A DNA stretch of 64,000 bases from an uncultured Gemmatimonadales bacterium (lineage in GTDB: Bacteria; Gemmatimonadota; Gemmatimonadetes; Longimicrobiales; Gaopeijiaceae). The DNA is taken from assembly GCA_963809895.1 (NCBI GenBank), contig CAWELD010000003.1:64001-128000 (forward strand), written 5' to 3'. Positions 8,554 through 18,645 of this stretch are shown one piece after another. The notes beneath the pieces were generated by a model. That model was not told where the DNA came from and ran no database searches. It was given only the letters and a program-made list of their open reading frames with translations. The position numbers and the translations under genes are program-made. The first letter of the stretch is position 1. Every line of letters begins with the position of its first letter.

Positions 8554-11073
8554 ATGCCCTCGCACGCCATGACGCAATCCCGGATCTCCGTTCGTCTTCT
8601 CGCCCTCCTGGTCGCGGTAGTGTCGGGCGGCTGCGCTCCTTCGGGCGCCCCCACCCCGGCGGGCGAGGCGCTGAACCCCCTGATCGGGCGCTTGCCCACC
8701 GGTGCCTCGCTGGACCCGGCGGCGCCGTCCGTGCCCGTGGGCTCCCTGCCACTGGCCATGGTGCTGTCGCCCGACGGGGGGCATGCCGTGCTCCTGTTGA
8801 ACGGCTGGAAGGAGCAGGGCGTGCAGGTGGTGGACCGGGCCACGGGTCGGGTGACCCAGACGCTGGAGCAGGACGCCGCCTTCCTCGGCCTGGCCTTCTC
8901 GCCCGACGGGCAGTGGCTCTACGCCTCCGGAGGGAACCGCGACCTCGTCTACCGCTACCGATGGGCCCAGGGGCGGGCGACGTTGACCGACAGCCTGCTG
9001 CTGGCGCCGACACCGCCGAGCCAGAACGGGACCCGGTATCCCGGAGGGCTGGCGCTGTCCAACGACGGCCGCACCCTGTACGTGGCGGAGAACCTCGCCG
9101 ATTCCCTGGCGGTGGTGGACGTGCGGTCGGGGCGGGTGCTCGGCCGCTATCCCACCGAGCGGTATCCATACGGGGTCGCCGTGGGTCCCGAGGGCACCGT
9201 GTACGTCTCGGCGTGGGGCGGCGAGACCGTGTCGATCTTCCGCTTCGATCAGACGGGCCGCCTGGCCTCGTCCGAGGTCGTCGAGGCCGGGCGGCATCCT
9301 TCGGCTCTCCTGCTCAACGGCGACGGCTCGCGGCTGTTCGTGGCCTCGGGGAGCACGGATCGCGTCACGGTGCTGGACACCCGGTCCCGCGCGGTGGTGG
9401 CGGAGCTGTTGGATCCCCCTCCGGAGGGGCCCGCCGAAGGAAGCACGCCCAACGCGCTGGCGCTGTCCGCCGACGGCACCCGGCTCTACGTGGCGGAGGC
9501 CGACAACAACGCGGTGGCCGTCTTCGGCCTCTCGCCCGAGACCGGGGGATACCCGGCAGGGGCCGAGGGCGCGCCCGAGGACCGGCTGGAGGGGCGGGTT
9601 CCGGTGGAGTGGTATCCCACGGCGCTCCTGGAGGCGGGGGACTCGCTCCTGGTGGTGAGCGGCAAGGGCACGGGCACGGCGCCCAATCCGGACTTCCCGC
9701 CGCCCACGGTCCGGAGGGCTCCGGGCGAGCCGTCCTACACGATGGGCCAGCTCTCGGGCACGCTCATGGCGCTGGACCACACGGCCCTCGACGGCGCCGA
9801 GCTCGACCGGCTCACTCGGCGCGTGGCGGACGCCAACGGCTGGGACGACCGCGACCAGTCGGTGCGGGCCTACCCACCGCTTCAGCACGTCGTCTACATC
9901 ATCAAGGAGAACCGGACCTACGACCAGATGCTGGGCGACCTGCCCCAGGCGGACGGGGATTCCTCGCTGGTCTTCTTTCCCCGGTCGGTGACCCCCAACC
10001 ACCACGCGCTGGCGGAGCGCTTCGGCGTCTACGACCGCTTCTTCGTGAACGCCGAGGCCAGTCCCGACGGCCACAACTGGTCCATGGCCGCCTACACCAG
10101 CGACTACCTGCAGAAGACGGTGCCGTCCAACTACTCGGACCGCGGACGCTCCTACGACTACGAGGGCACGAACCGGGGCTTCTCGCACGTCCCGTACGAG
10201 GAGGACGAAGACGACGTCAACGAGCCGGCCATGGGCTATCTGTGGGACCTGGCCGACCGGGCGGGGATCAGCTTCCGCAACTTCGGCGAGTTCGTGGTGC
10301 CCGAGTACGTCGACGATGACGATCGCGTGCCCGACGGCTACCGGGGCAACAAGCCGTTCCTGGCCTCCCACACCAGCGAGGACTACCCGGGCTACGACCT
10401 GAGCATCCCCGACCAGCGCCGGGCCGACGCCTGGCTGGGCGAGCTGGAGGAGTGGAGCGCGGCGGGGGAGATGCCCCGACTCCAGATCCTGCGCCTGCCC
10501 AACGACCACACGGCCGGAGGTCGGGCGGGGTCGCTCACGCCCCAGGCGTTCGTGGCGGACAACGACCTGGCGCTGGGCCGCATCGTGGAGGGGTTGTCCC
10601 GGAGTCCGTTCTGGGAGAGCACCGTGGTGTTCGTGCTGGAGGACGATGCGCAGAACGGGCCCGACCACGTGGACTCGCACCGCTCCGTGCTCCTGGTGAT
10701 CTCCCCCTACAGCCGGGGTGGCGTCGTGCATCGCTGGACCAACACCACCGACGTGGTGGCCACCATGACCGAGATCCTGGGGCTGGGATCCCTGTCGCAG
10801 TTCGATTTCTACGGGCGTCCGCTGCGCGGGACGTGGACCCGGCAGCCGAACCTCACGCCCTACAGCGCGCTGGTGCCCGAGCAGTCGCGCACGGCGACCA
10901 ACCCCGCCGACGGGATCGATGCCGAGGAGTCCGCGCAGCTCGACCTGCGCTTCGAGGACAGCGGCCAGGACGAGCTGTTCAACCGCATCCTGTGGCGGAT
11001 GATCAAGGGGCCCGACGTGCCGTACCCCGGCGTGTCCCGCATGCCGGCGCTGGAGTGGAAGCGCGGGAGCTGA
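8554..11073 (+). CDS. Lipoprotein: YncE/YVTN beta-propeller fused to an alkaline-phosphatase-like phosphoesterase
   Basis: Start ATG 8554 or 8569. Lipobox VSGG-C, LALSxDGxxLYVA repeats, YIIKENRTYDQ, SPDGHNW, LPNDHT, EDDAQNGPDHVDSHRS. Confidence 0.88.
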   Translation: MPSHAMTQSRISVRLLALLVAVVSGGCAPSGAPTPAGEALNPLIGRLPTGASLDPAAPSVPVGSLPLAMVLSPDGGHAVLLLNGWKEQGVQVVDRATGRVTQTLEQDAAFLGLAFSPDGQWLYASGGNRDLVYRYRWAQGRATLTDSLLLAPTPPSQNGTRYPGGLALSNDGRTLYVAENLADSLAVVDVRSGRVLGRYPTERYPYGVAVGPEGTVYVSAWGGETVSIFRFDQTGRLASSEVVEAGRHPSALLLNGDGSRLFVASGSTDRVTVLDTRSRAVVAELLDPPPEGPAEGSTPNALALSADGTRLYVAEADNNAVAVFGLSPETGGYPAGAEGAPEDRLEGRVPVEWYPTALLEAGDSLLVVSGKGTGTAPNPDFPPPTVRRAPGEPSYTMGQLSGTLMALDHTALDGAELDRLTRRVADANGWDDRDQSVRAYPPLQHVVYIIKENRTYDQMLGDLPQADGDSSLVFFPRSVTPNHHALAERFGVYDRFFVNAEASPDGHNWSMAAYTSDYLQKTVPSNYSDRGRSYDYEGTNRGFSHVPYEEDEDDVNEPAMGYLWDLADRAGISFRNFGEFVVPEYVDDDDRVPDGYRGNKPFLASHTSEDYPGYDLSIPDQRRADAWLGELEEWSAAGEMPRLQILRLPNDHTAGGRAGSLTPQAFVADNDLALGRIVEGLSRSPFWESTVVFVLEDDAQNGPDHVDSHRSVLLVISPYSRGGVVHRWTNTTDVVATMTEILGLGSLSQFDFYGRPLRGTWTRQPNLTPYSALVPEQSRTATNPADGIDAEESAQLDLRFEDSGQDELFNRILWRMIKGPDVPYPGVSRMPALEWKRGS

Positions 11074-11138
11074 CGGCCTGGCTGCGTCGGCGGGGGCTCA
11101 GCGCGAGGTGGCGAGGGCGAGCGCCAGCAGGGGCAGCG

Positions 11139-12029
11139 TCACGAGGGTGCCGCGGCGCCGTCCAGTGTCCACGCTCCCAGGATGCCCGTGATGCGCCGGG
11201 CGAACGCGCCGGGCCGATCCGCCCACAGGCGCCGCGCCAGGGGCAGGGCGGCACGCCAGCGTCTGTCGCGTTCCGCGAGGAGCAGCCGATACACGGCGTC
11301 GGACGGATCGTCGTCGAGGCCTTCGAGGACCAGGCCGACGTCGTTGGCTTCGCCGAGCAGGTCGGTGAGCTCGTGGGCCTCGGTGGCCCAGGCGCCCAGC
11401 ACCGGCGGCCACGCGGGCTCCACGAATTCCAGCACGTGGCGGAGCTCCTTGCCGCGCTTGCGAAGCTGGTGGTAGCGAGCGGGATCGTGGGGCCCCTCGA
11501 GAACGGCGCACAACGCGCGCCTGCCCCTGCGGTGGATCTGTTTCAACGCCCGGCGTGGAGATCCGTGCTTCCGCATAGGTAGCCCCTCCAGCGCCACCTC
11601 CACCTGGCGCAGGTGTCGGGCCACGGTCCGCAGCAACTCGGGCGGCGGGGCCGCGGCGTCGGCCGCCGCGCTCCATCGGCGCCGGAGGCGCGCGAGGTCC
11701 TCGGACCCGAGCCGGGGGTCCGCAGACGTGAGGCGGTCCAGTGCTTCGAGACGCGCGCGCCGGTCGCGGGCCGGGGCGAGCATGCCACCGGCTTCACGCA
11801 ATGCGTCGGCGAGCTCGCGGGCTGAATCCGCTTCGGTGAAGGGCCGCGCGAGCCGCAGGAGCGCACGGGCACGCTTGAGCGTGCGCCGCGCGTCGTGAAT
11901 CGCGGCGTGGACGTTCTGGTCGCCTCGTCCACAGGCCTCCAGGCACTCGGCCGCGTCCGAGACACAGGCGCGAGCGGCGGCGCCGATCTGCGGACCCGGC
12001 TTGCGAGCGCGGGCCAGCTCGCGCGACAT
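11139..12029 (-). CDS. CHAD domain (polyphosphate-binding) protein
   Basis: Start ATG 12029 with GGAGG RBS. IHDARRTLKRARALLRL, YHQLRKRGKELRH, LTDLLGEAND. Confidence 0.85.
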   Translation of the reverse strand: MSRELARARKPGPQIGAAARACVSDAAECLEACGRGDQNVHAAIHDARRTLKRARALLRLARPFTEADSARELADALREAGGMLAPARDRRARLEALDRLTSADPRLGSEDLARLRRRWSAAADAAAPPPELLRTVARHLRQVEVALEGLPMRKHGSPRRALKQIHRRGRRALCAVLEGPHDPARYHQLRKRGKELRHVLEFVEPAWPPVLGAWATEAHELTDLLGEANDVGLVLEGLDDDPSDAVYRLLLAERDRRWRAALPLARRLWADRPGAFARRITGILGAWTLDGAAAPS

Positions 12030-12246
12030 GGATGCGCCTCCCTCCGCGGGATTGGCCGGCGGGGCCCGGGCGCCACCGACCTGGTTCATGATGGCTCCCA
12101 TGGTCCGCCCGCGCCGTCGGGGGATCTCCCGGCCAGCGCGTGGGGAGTGTTCGGCACTGGCGTCGGCCCGTCGCGCCCGCTCTAATTCACAGGGCGACGA
12201 CGGGGCGCCGCCCCGTCCGGGTCCCCTTCCACACGCCGGGCATCCG

Positions 12247-13776
12247 ATGCCACGTCTCGTCAGCCTCCTGCGTCGCCTGCGCGGACTGGTGCTGGACGTG
12301 CCGCGCTGGGCGTGGATCGCCGGTGTCGCCGGCGCATTGGGGTTGCTGGGCCTGGCCGTGGTGCTTCAGCGCACGGGCGCACGCCGACTCCTGGCGCCGG
12401 CCCCGGCCACCACCGAAGACACCAGCCCGGAATCCCCGTTGGGGCCCTCCAGCCTCGCGGTGCCCGTGAGGGTCCAGCTCGCCCCTCTGGTAGCGGCGCT
12501 GGAATCGGCGGTACCGCGCACCTACGGCAACCTCGACGCGCGTCTCGACGTTCCGGACAACGACCGGGTGCAGGTGGCGTTCGAGCTCCGTCGGGGCCCG
12601 TTCCGCGCGTCTCTCGACGGAGACGTCGCGCGTGTGGGCGCCACCATCCGCTACCGGGCCCGCGCCTGGTACGATCCACCGCTCCTTCCCACGGTCAGCG
12701 CCTCGTGCGGTACCGGCGACGGCGAGCCCCTGCCACGGCTCGACGTGGCGTTGGCGGCGCCCATCACCGTGACGCCGGATTGGCATCTGGCCACCCGCAC
12801 CACCGTGGCGGACGTTCGTCCCGCCACCGACACCGACCGCGACCGGTGCAGGATCACCGTCATACGCATCGACGTCACGGGCCGGGTGCTGGACGCGGCC
12901 CGGGGGCTGCTTACGGACAAGACCGCCGCGGTGGACACGGCGGTGGCCCACATCGACGTCCGGTCGAAGTTCGAGGAGTGGTGGGGGATCCTGCAGGAGC
13001 CCATCGAGCTCACCGACGGGGTCTGGCTGGTCCTCGATCCGCAGGCGGTGCGACGGGGCCAGATCCACGGCGAGGGTGATGTGGTCGAGGTGCCGGTGCA
13101 CCTGACCGCACGGCCGCGGGTGGTGCTCGGTCGCCGCCCGCCGCCTTCTCACGTGCCGCTCCCGGCCCTGGACTCGGGCGCGGTGAGCCCGGGCCTCCAG
13201 ATCCTGGTGGAGGGCCGTGCGGAGTACGGGGCGGCAAGCCGGCTCCTGACGCAGGAGCTCCGCGGTCAGGTGCTCCGCCGGGGAGAGCGGGCCGTGCGGA
13301 TCCGCGCCATCGAGCTCTCGGGCATCGGCGGGGGCCGATTGGCGTTGGCCGTGGACGTGGACGGCGACGCCAGGGGCCGGCTCTTTCTCGTGGGCACGCC
13401 CCGCTTCGATCCGTCCACGGGCCAGGTCGCGGTCCCCGATCTCGATTTCGACGTCGCCACCAACGATCTGATCGTCCACGGCGCGTCGTGGCTGGCCCGC
13501 GTGGGACTCGCCGGCTACCTGAGGGAGCGAGCGCGCTGGCCCGCCTCGCCGGCGGTCGAGTGGGCCGGGGATCGCCTGCGTGAGGGCCTCAACCGAGCCC
13601 TGTCCGACGACGTCTCGTTGAAGGGCTCCGTAGGGACCGTTCGTATCGTGGACGTGTACGCCACCCGCGAGGCGCTCATGGTCCGGGCCGCCGCCGCGGC
13701 CGAGGCGACGCTGGTCGTGACCGATGGCGCCGAAACGGCGGACGCGGACGGTGCTGCCTCGGGTGGCCAGGACTGA
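12247..13776 (+). CDS. DUF4403-like membrane-anchored protein
   Basis: Start ATG 12247. N-terminal TM, then WWGILQEPIELTDGVWLVLDP and GRLFLVGTPRFDP...VPDLDFDV segments recalled from this family. Confidence 0.7.
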   Translation: MPRLVSLLRRLRGLVLDVPRWAWIAGVAGALGLLGLAVVLQRTGARRLLAPAPATTEDTSPESPLGPSSLAVPVRVQLAPLVAALESAVPRTYGNLDARLDVPDNDRVQVAFELRRGPFRASLDGDVARVGATIRYRARAWYDPPLLPTVSASCGTGDGEPLPRLDVALAAPITVTPDWHLATRTTVADVRPATDTDRDRCRITVIRIDVTGRVLDAARGLLTDKTAAVDTAVAHIDVRSKFEEWWGILQEPIELTDGVWLVLDPQAVRRGQIHGEGDVVEVPVHLTARPRVVLGRRPPPSHVPLPALDSGAVSPGLQILVEGRAEYGAASRLLTQELRGQVLRRGERAVRIRAIELSGIGGGRLALAVDVDGDARGRLFLVGTPRFDPSTGQVAVPDLDFDVATNDLIVHGASWLARVGLAGYLRERARWPASPAVEWAGDRLREGLNRALSDDVSLKGSVGTVRIVDVYATREALMVRAAAAAEATLVVTDGAETADADGAASGGQD

Positions 13777-13868
13777 TCGACCGGTGGTCGAAACGCTGCC
13801 GCTACCATTCCCGTAGGATGGGGCAGGGAGGGCCCGAGACCCTTCCCGCCGACTCAGGAGGAATCAGG

Positions 13869-14144
13869 ATGCTGGAACTCATCGCTGCCGGCGTCGTGGG
13901 TGTGGCCGGACATCTCAAGTCGAAGGACTTCGCCCGCCGACGTCTTCGTTTTACGAGCTGGGTGGAGAAGCCGGGCCTGGGGCTCTTCGTCGGAGCGGCG
14001 ACCGCCGTCGTGGCCGCCCCCCTGGTGGCCGTGCTCCCCATCGTGGGAGCCGGAACCGCCATCGCCCTGGGGGCTGGCGTGGGGACCGGCGTGGCCATCG
14101 GGGCGCGGCAGGCCCGGCAGGGCTGGCACCCCGACGACGCATAG
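13869..14144 (+). CDS. Small Gly/Ala-rich membrane protein (91 aa)
   Basis: AGGAGGA RBS before ATG 13869; hydrophobic LPIVGAGTAIALGAGVGTGVAIG; terminator follows. Confidence 0.75.
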   Translation: MLELIAAGVVGVAGHLKSKDFARRRLRFTSWVEKPGLGLFVGAATAVVAAPLVAVLPIVGAGTAIALGAGVGTGVAIGARQARQGWHPDDA

Positions 14145-14154
14145 GGCCGGAATC

Positions 14155-14185
14155 GGGCCGGCGTTCGGCGCCGGTCCTTTTCTTT
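14155..14185 (+). terminator. Rho-independent terminator
   Basis: GGGCCGGCG / CGCCGGTCC stem followed by TTTTCTTT. Confidence 0.8.
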
Positions 14186-14192
14186 GCGCGAG

Positions 14193-14227
14193 AGTGTCTA
14201 CATTGTGTACGGAAGTGTCTACATTGT
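14193..14227 (+). promoter_or_regulatory. Tandem 14-bp direct repeat, probable PadR operator
   Basis: AGTGTCTACATTGT at 14193-14206 and 14214-14227 (period 21 bp), just upstream of the padR RBS. Confidence 0.6.
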
Positions 14228-14240
14228 CTTCGGAGGCCGT

Positions 14241-14573
14241 GTGAGCCCGAATCAGTTTCTCGGCGAGTTTGAGCAGATGGTCCTGTTGGGGGTCCTGCAG
14301 TGCGGCGACCAGGCGTTCGCGCTGGATGTCAGGCGTGAGTTGGAGGACCGGGCGGATCGGGCAGTGTCCCGGGGCGCCTTCTACACGACACTGGACCGCC
14401 TGGAGCAGAAGGGCATGGTGACCTGGACGGAGGAAGAGCCCCGGGACGGGCGAAGGAACGCGCCGCTCCGGCGCTTCCGGGTCACCGCCGAGGGCCTCGA
14501 GGCGCTGCGCGCCAGCCGACAGGCCATGGAGGCGCTGGCCCGCGGGTTGGACGGGATCCTGGAGACGACGTGA
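14241..14573 (+). CDS. PadR family transcriptional regulator
   Basis: GTG 14241 after GGAGG. LGEFEQMVLL, GAFYTTLDRLEQKG, RRFRVTAEG. Confidence 0.9.
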   Translation: MSPNQFLGEFEQMVLLGVLQCGDQAFALDVRRELEDRADRAVSRGAFYTTLDRLEQKGMVTWTEEEPRDGRRNAPLRRFRVTAEGLEALRASRQAMEALARGLDGILETT

Positions 14574-17194
14574 CCATGGATCGTCCTCCGCGATGGATGC
14601 TCCGGGTGCTGCGGGCGGTTCTGCCGTCCGGCGTCCGTGGAGCGTCCATGGTGGGTGACCTGGAGGACGAGTACCGGGCCAGGCCGCCGGGTCCTCGACG
14701 GACGCTGTGGTTCGCCGGCGAGGCCGCCAAGCTCGCGGTCCGCTATCTGATACGACGGGAGAGGGGAGGGGACATGGACCGCTGGTTCGGACACATCAGG
14801 TTTGCGCTGCGCCGGGTGCTTCGCGATCCGGGATACGCCGTCATCGTCATGGGCACCATGGCGCTGGGAACAGGTGCCACGGTGGCCATCTTCTCGGTGG
14901 TCGATGCCGTGTTGCTGCGTCCACTCCCGTACCACGCGCCGGATCGGCTGGTGAGCGTCTTCGAGGCCGCGCTCGCCCGGGATGACCAGCGCAACGTGGC
15001 GAACCCGGGCAACGTGCGGGCTTGGCGAGAAGGCGCTCCCTCGTTGAGTGGCATCGCGGGCATCAGCCTGGTGCAGCCCATGGTCCTGTCGGCGCCGGGC
15101 GAGCCTCGCGAGATCCTGGTCTCCGTCACGACGCCGGACTTCTTCCGCGTCTTGGGTCTGGATCCCGTCCTCGGTCCGGGCTTCGACCCGCAGTCGGGCG
15201 GCGCCGAGTCGGGCAACGAGGCGATTCTCAGCTACCGGGCTTGGCAGGAGATCTACGGTGGGGCTCCCGACGTGGTGGGGCGGACGCTGACGGTGAACGG
15301 CACCTCCGCCGTGGTGGCCGGGGTCCTGCCCGTGGGCTACGTCCCCTTCGGTGAAGATGCCGAGATGTTCGTGGCACAACCTCTGTCGAGCCTCGGCGAC
15401 CAGACCAACACCGGTCGATTCCTCTACACGGTGGCCCGCCTGGCTCCTGGCGCAGACGTAAGGCGTGCCCGCGACGAGCTGGAGGCGGTCGCGGCGGGTC
15501 TTCGCGAACAGTACCCGGACTTCAACGCCGGCTGGAGCACCACCGTGGTGCCCCTCCAGGAATACGTGGTGGGCGATGTGCGCTCGGGGCTGTGGGTCCT
15601 CCTGGGCGCCGTGGGCCTGTTGCTCCTGGTCGCCTGCGCCAATGTGGCGAATCTCGGCCTCGCCAGGGCCACGGACCGCAAGCGTGAGATGGCGATCCGC
15701 ACCTCGCTGGGCGCGTCGGGAGGTGCGCTGGCCCGGCAACTGCTGACCGAGAGCGCCTTGCTGGTCGGGGTGGGAGGGCTCCTGGGGCTGGTCGCCGCAG
15801 AGACGGGCACCCGGCTGCTCGCAGCCCGCATGCCTGATGCCTTCGCGCTTCCCAGGGTGGAGCAAGCCGGCGTCGACCTCCGGGTGCTGCTGTTCGCGCT
15901 GGGCGTCACCGTCTTGACCGGCATCCTGGTGGGGTTGGTGCCCGCGTTGCAGGCTCGGCGCCTGGCGCCGGCGGCGACGCTGAATGCCGAGGGGCGGGGA
16001 CCCGGGCACGAGTCGAGCCGGGTCCGGGATCTCCTGGTGGTGGGGGAGATGGCCCTGTCCGTCGTCCTGCTCGTGGGCGCCGGACTGCTGGCTCGGAGCT
16101 TCATGGCGCTCGTGTCGGTGGACTCGGGGATCCGGCCGGAGAACGTGGTCACGGCCCGCGTGAACCTCACGGGCCCGCGCTACGACGGGCGGGAGCCGGA
16201 CGTTCGCTTCTACGACCGTCTGGCCGAACGCCTCTCGGAGCTTCCCGGCGTCGAGGCGGGAGGTGGGGTCACGTTTCTGCCCATGGCCGGCAGCGGCGCC
16301 GCCACGTCGTACTACGCGGCGGACAAGCCCGAGCCCCCCAAGGAGGACTGGCCGGTGGCGAACATCCGCAACGTGGTCGGCGACTATTTCCAGGCCATGG
16401 GCATCGACCTGCTGCAGGGCCGCCTCTTCGACCAGCGTGACCGGCCGGAATCGCCGAGGGTGATCGTGGTGAATCGGGCACTGGCCGAACAGGAATGGCC
16501 GGGTGAGAACCCCATCGGCAAGCCCCTGGCCATCAACTGGACCAGCCTGGAGCCGTGGACGGTGGTCGGGGTGGTGGAGGACGTTCGGCTGGGTGGGTTG
16601 GAGCAGGAGCCGACGCCCACGGTCTACCATGCCTATGCCCAGGCGCCCTACTTCCCCTTCATGACCATCGCCCTCCGTACCCGGGGGGAGACGGCGCAGG
16701 CGGTGACCGCGCTCCGGGCCCTGGTGCGCGAGCTGGATCCCGCGCTGCCCCTGAGCCGGGTCGCGGTCATGGACGACGTGGTCGCGCGCTCGGTGGCCCG
16801 GCCCCGCATGACCACCTTCCTGATGGGGGTGTTCGCCGCGGTGGCGTCGGCGCTGGCCGCGGTCGGTCTGTACGGGATCCTCTCGTACAACGTCGCCCGG
16901 CGAGGACGGGAATTCGGGGTCCGCATGGCCATGGGTGCCGATCGCTCCGACGTTCTCGGCATGGTGGCTCGCCGGGGCCTGCTGCTCGCGGTGGTCGGGT
17001 TGCTGGTCGGGGCGGGAGTGGCCCTGGCCGGCGCGGGAATCCTGCGCTCCCTTCTCTACCAGACCCCGGCTCGCGATCCCGTGAGCTTCGCGCTCGCGGG
17101 TCTCCTGCTCATGGTCGTGGCCGGCCTGGCCTCGTTGGTGCCGGCCTGGCGCGCCACGCGCGTGCAACCCGTGGATGCCCTGCGCTCGGACTGA
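14570..17194 (+). CDS. ADOP family duplicated MacB/FtsX-type ABC permease
   Basis: ALGTGATVAIFSVVDAVLLRPLPY, LLVACANVANL, REMAIRTSLGA, REFGVRMAMGA, C-terminal VQPVDALRSD. Coupled to padR; no ATPase gene adjacent. Confidence 0.92.
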   Translation: MTMDRPPRWMLRVLRAVLPSGVRGASMVGDLEDEYRARPPGPRRTLWFAGEAAKLAVRYLIRRERGGDMDRWFGHIRFALRRVLRDPGYAVIVMGTMALGTGATVAIFSVVDAVLLRPLPYHAPDRLVSVFEAALARDDQRNVANPGNVRAWREGAPSLSGIAGISLVQPMVLSAPGEPREILVSVTTPDFFRVLGLDPVLGPGFDPQSGGAESGNEAILSYRAWQEIYGGAPDVVGRTLTVNGTSAVVAGVLPVGYVPFGEDAEMFVAQPLSSLGDQTNTGRFLYTVARLAPGADVRRARDELEAVAAGLREQYPDFNAGWSTTVVPLQEYVVGDVRSGLWVLLGAVGLLLLVACANVANLGLARATDRKREMAIRTSLGASGGALARQLLTESALLVGVGGLLGLVAAETGTRLLAARMPDAFALPRVEQAGVDLRVLLFALGVTVLTGILVGLVPALQARRLAPAATLNAEGRGPGHESSRVRDLLVVGEMALSVVLLVGAGLLARSFMALVSVDSGIRPENVVTARVNLTGPRYDGREPDVRFYDRLAERLSELPGVEAGGGVTFLPMAGSGAATSYYAADKPEPPKEDWPVANIRNVVGDYFQAMGIDLLQGRLFDQRDRPESPRVIVVNRALAEQEWPGENPIGKPLAINWTSLEPWTVVGVVEDVRLGGLEQEPTPTVYHAYAQAPYFPFMTIALRTRGETAQAVTALRALVRELDPALPLSRVAVMDDVVARSVARPRMTTFLMGVFAAVASALAAVGLYGILSYNVARRGREFGVRMAMGADRSDVLGMVARRGLLLAVVGLLVGAGVALAGAGILRSLLYQTPARDPVSFALAGLLLMVVAGLASLVPAWRATRVQPVDALRSD

Positions 17195-17233
17195 CGTCCG
17201 CCGACGCGATGACGAAGGTCCGGTGACGACGAA

Positions 17234-17263
17234 GGCCGGCCGCCCCGCGAGGGACGGCCGGCC
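17234..17263. terminator. Hairpin between convergent genes
   Basis: GGCCGGCCG...CGGCCGGCC stem between the ADOP and susD stops. Confidence 0.65.
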
Positions 17264-17287
17264 GTTGTCGTCGCTACGTCCCGAGAA

Positions 17288-18631
17288 TCAGGCGCCCGTG
17301 GGGTCGCACATGGTGGGATCGTAGTTGGGGTTGTTGGTTTCCGTGAATGGAACCGGAAGGTCCAACTGGTTCCCGCGCGACGAGTTCTGCACCGTCGGTC
17401 CGATCGGGTAGACCGAATTCGCCGAGCGACCGTACTGACGCACGAGCCGCCGGAGATCGCCGAGGCGATGCGAGGTGAGCCACAGCCAATAGGCCCGCTC
17501 GCGGAAATGCAGATCCACGAGCTCGTCCATGGTCTGGCCCGTGTCCTGCAGATCGGGTAGCTCCATGGTCGCCCTGGCCGCGTTGTGCATGGCGAAGAAG
17601 GTGGTGCGGTCGTTCGCCTGCAGGGCGGCTTCGGCCTCGATCAGCCGCGCCTCGATGCCCGACGCCAGCACGATGTTGCTGCCCGGGCCGGTGTAGGCCA
17701 GCTGGTCGTAGTGAGGCACGCTGGACGTGAATCCACCGCCCGTGAACTCGGTGGGCGTGCGCGGGTCCTCGTTGGTGAGGAACGGCAGCCCGTTGGTGCC
17801 CTCGCTGCCGGCCGCGGACCAACGCTTCTCGGCGTTGACCAGGTTCCACACGGCGTTGTAGGCGCTCAGCGCGTTCGACGAATACGCCACGTCCCACTGG
17901 AAGGTCGTGGGGATGCCCTGCACGGTCTGCGCCGCCTGGGCGAACTCCCCCTTGTCCAGCAGCGCCCTCGCCTTGCCGATCTCCGCCATCATCGTCAGGT
18001 CGGCGTCCGGCCCCATGGCCATGGCGTCGTCGAAACGCGCGATGGCGCGGTCCAGGATCTGATCGGTGGTCTGCGCGCTCCCGAAGACGGTGGGTCCGCC
18101 CTCGAAGGGGATGGTGGAGAAGGGCACCCCGCCGCAGTAGTTCTCACCGAAGTACACGTAGGTGTACCCGGCAAGAGCCGTGACCTCGGCGTGGGACTCG
18201 CTGCCCGCCTCGTCGGAGCCGGCAAACAGCTCACCGGCCTGCTCGGCGTGGTTGCGGGCCCGCTGCAGCCAGAAGAACGCGGTCTGGTTGGTCGCGTTGG
18301 TGTCCTGGACGTCGCGGGCGTCGATCTCCTGGCGGGTGGTGAAGCTGCCCGAATGGTACAACTCATCGCTGAAGAGCCCGCTGACCAGCACCTGGCCACC
18401 CTCGCTGTTCTGGGTGCCACCCACGGCCCGCGCGAACTCGGCCAGGACCCCGGCGTGCACCGCCGGGAGGTTCGAGGGATCGGAGAAGACCGGCACCGAC
18501 ACCACGTCGGGGTCCGGCACTTCGAGAATGCTGTTGGTATCGCAGGCACCCAGGGCCAGCGTCAGGCCCAGGACGACCGCGGCCGCCCTCCGTCCGAGGG
18601 CGAGCGTGCGTGTTTCATGCAAGATGCTCAT
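17288..18631 (-). CDS. RagB/SusD family outer-membrane lipoprotein
   Basis: Lipobox ALGA-C, GLFSDE, ARLIEAEA, RERAYWLWLTSHRLGDLRR, ETNNPN; downstream of susC. Confidence 0.9.
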   Translation of the reverse strand: MSILHETRTLALGRRAAAVVLGLTLALGACDTNSILEVPDPDVVSVPVFSDPSNLPAVHAGVLAEFARAVGGTQNSEGGQVLVSGLFSDELYHSGSFTTRQEIDARDVQDTNATNQTAFFWLQRARNHAEQAGELFAGSDEAGSESHAEVTALAGYTYVYFGENYCGGVPFSTIPFEGGPTVFGSAQTTDQILDRAIARFDDAMAMGPDADLTMMAEIGKARALLDKGEFAQAAQTVQGIPTTFQWDVAYSSNALSAYNAVWNLVNAEKRWSAAGSEGTNGLPFLTNEDPRTPTEFTGGGFTSSVPHYDQLAYTGPGSNIVLASGIEARLIEAEAALQANDRTTFFAMHNAARATMELPDLQDTGQTMDELVDLHFRERAYWLWLTSHRLGDLRRLVRQYGRSANSVYPIGPTVQNSSRGNQLDLPVPFTETNNPNYDPTMCDPTGA

Positions 18632-18645
18632 GATGCTCGTCCGGG

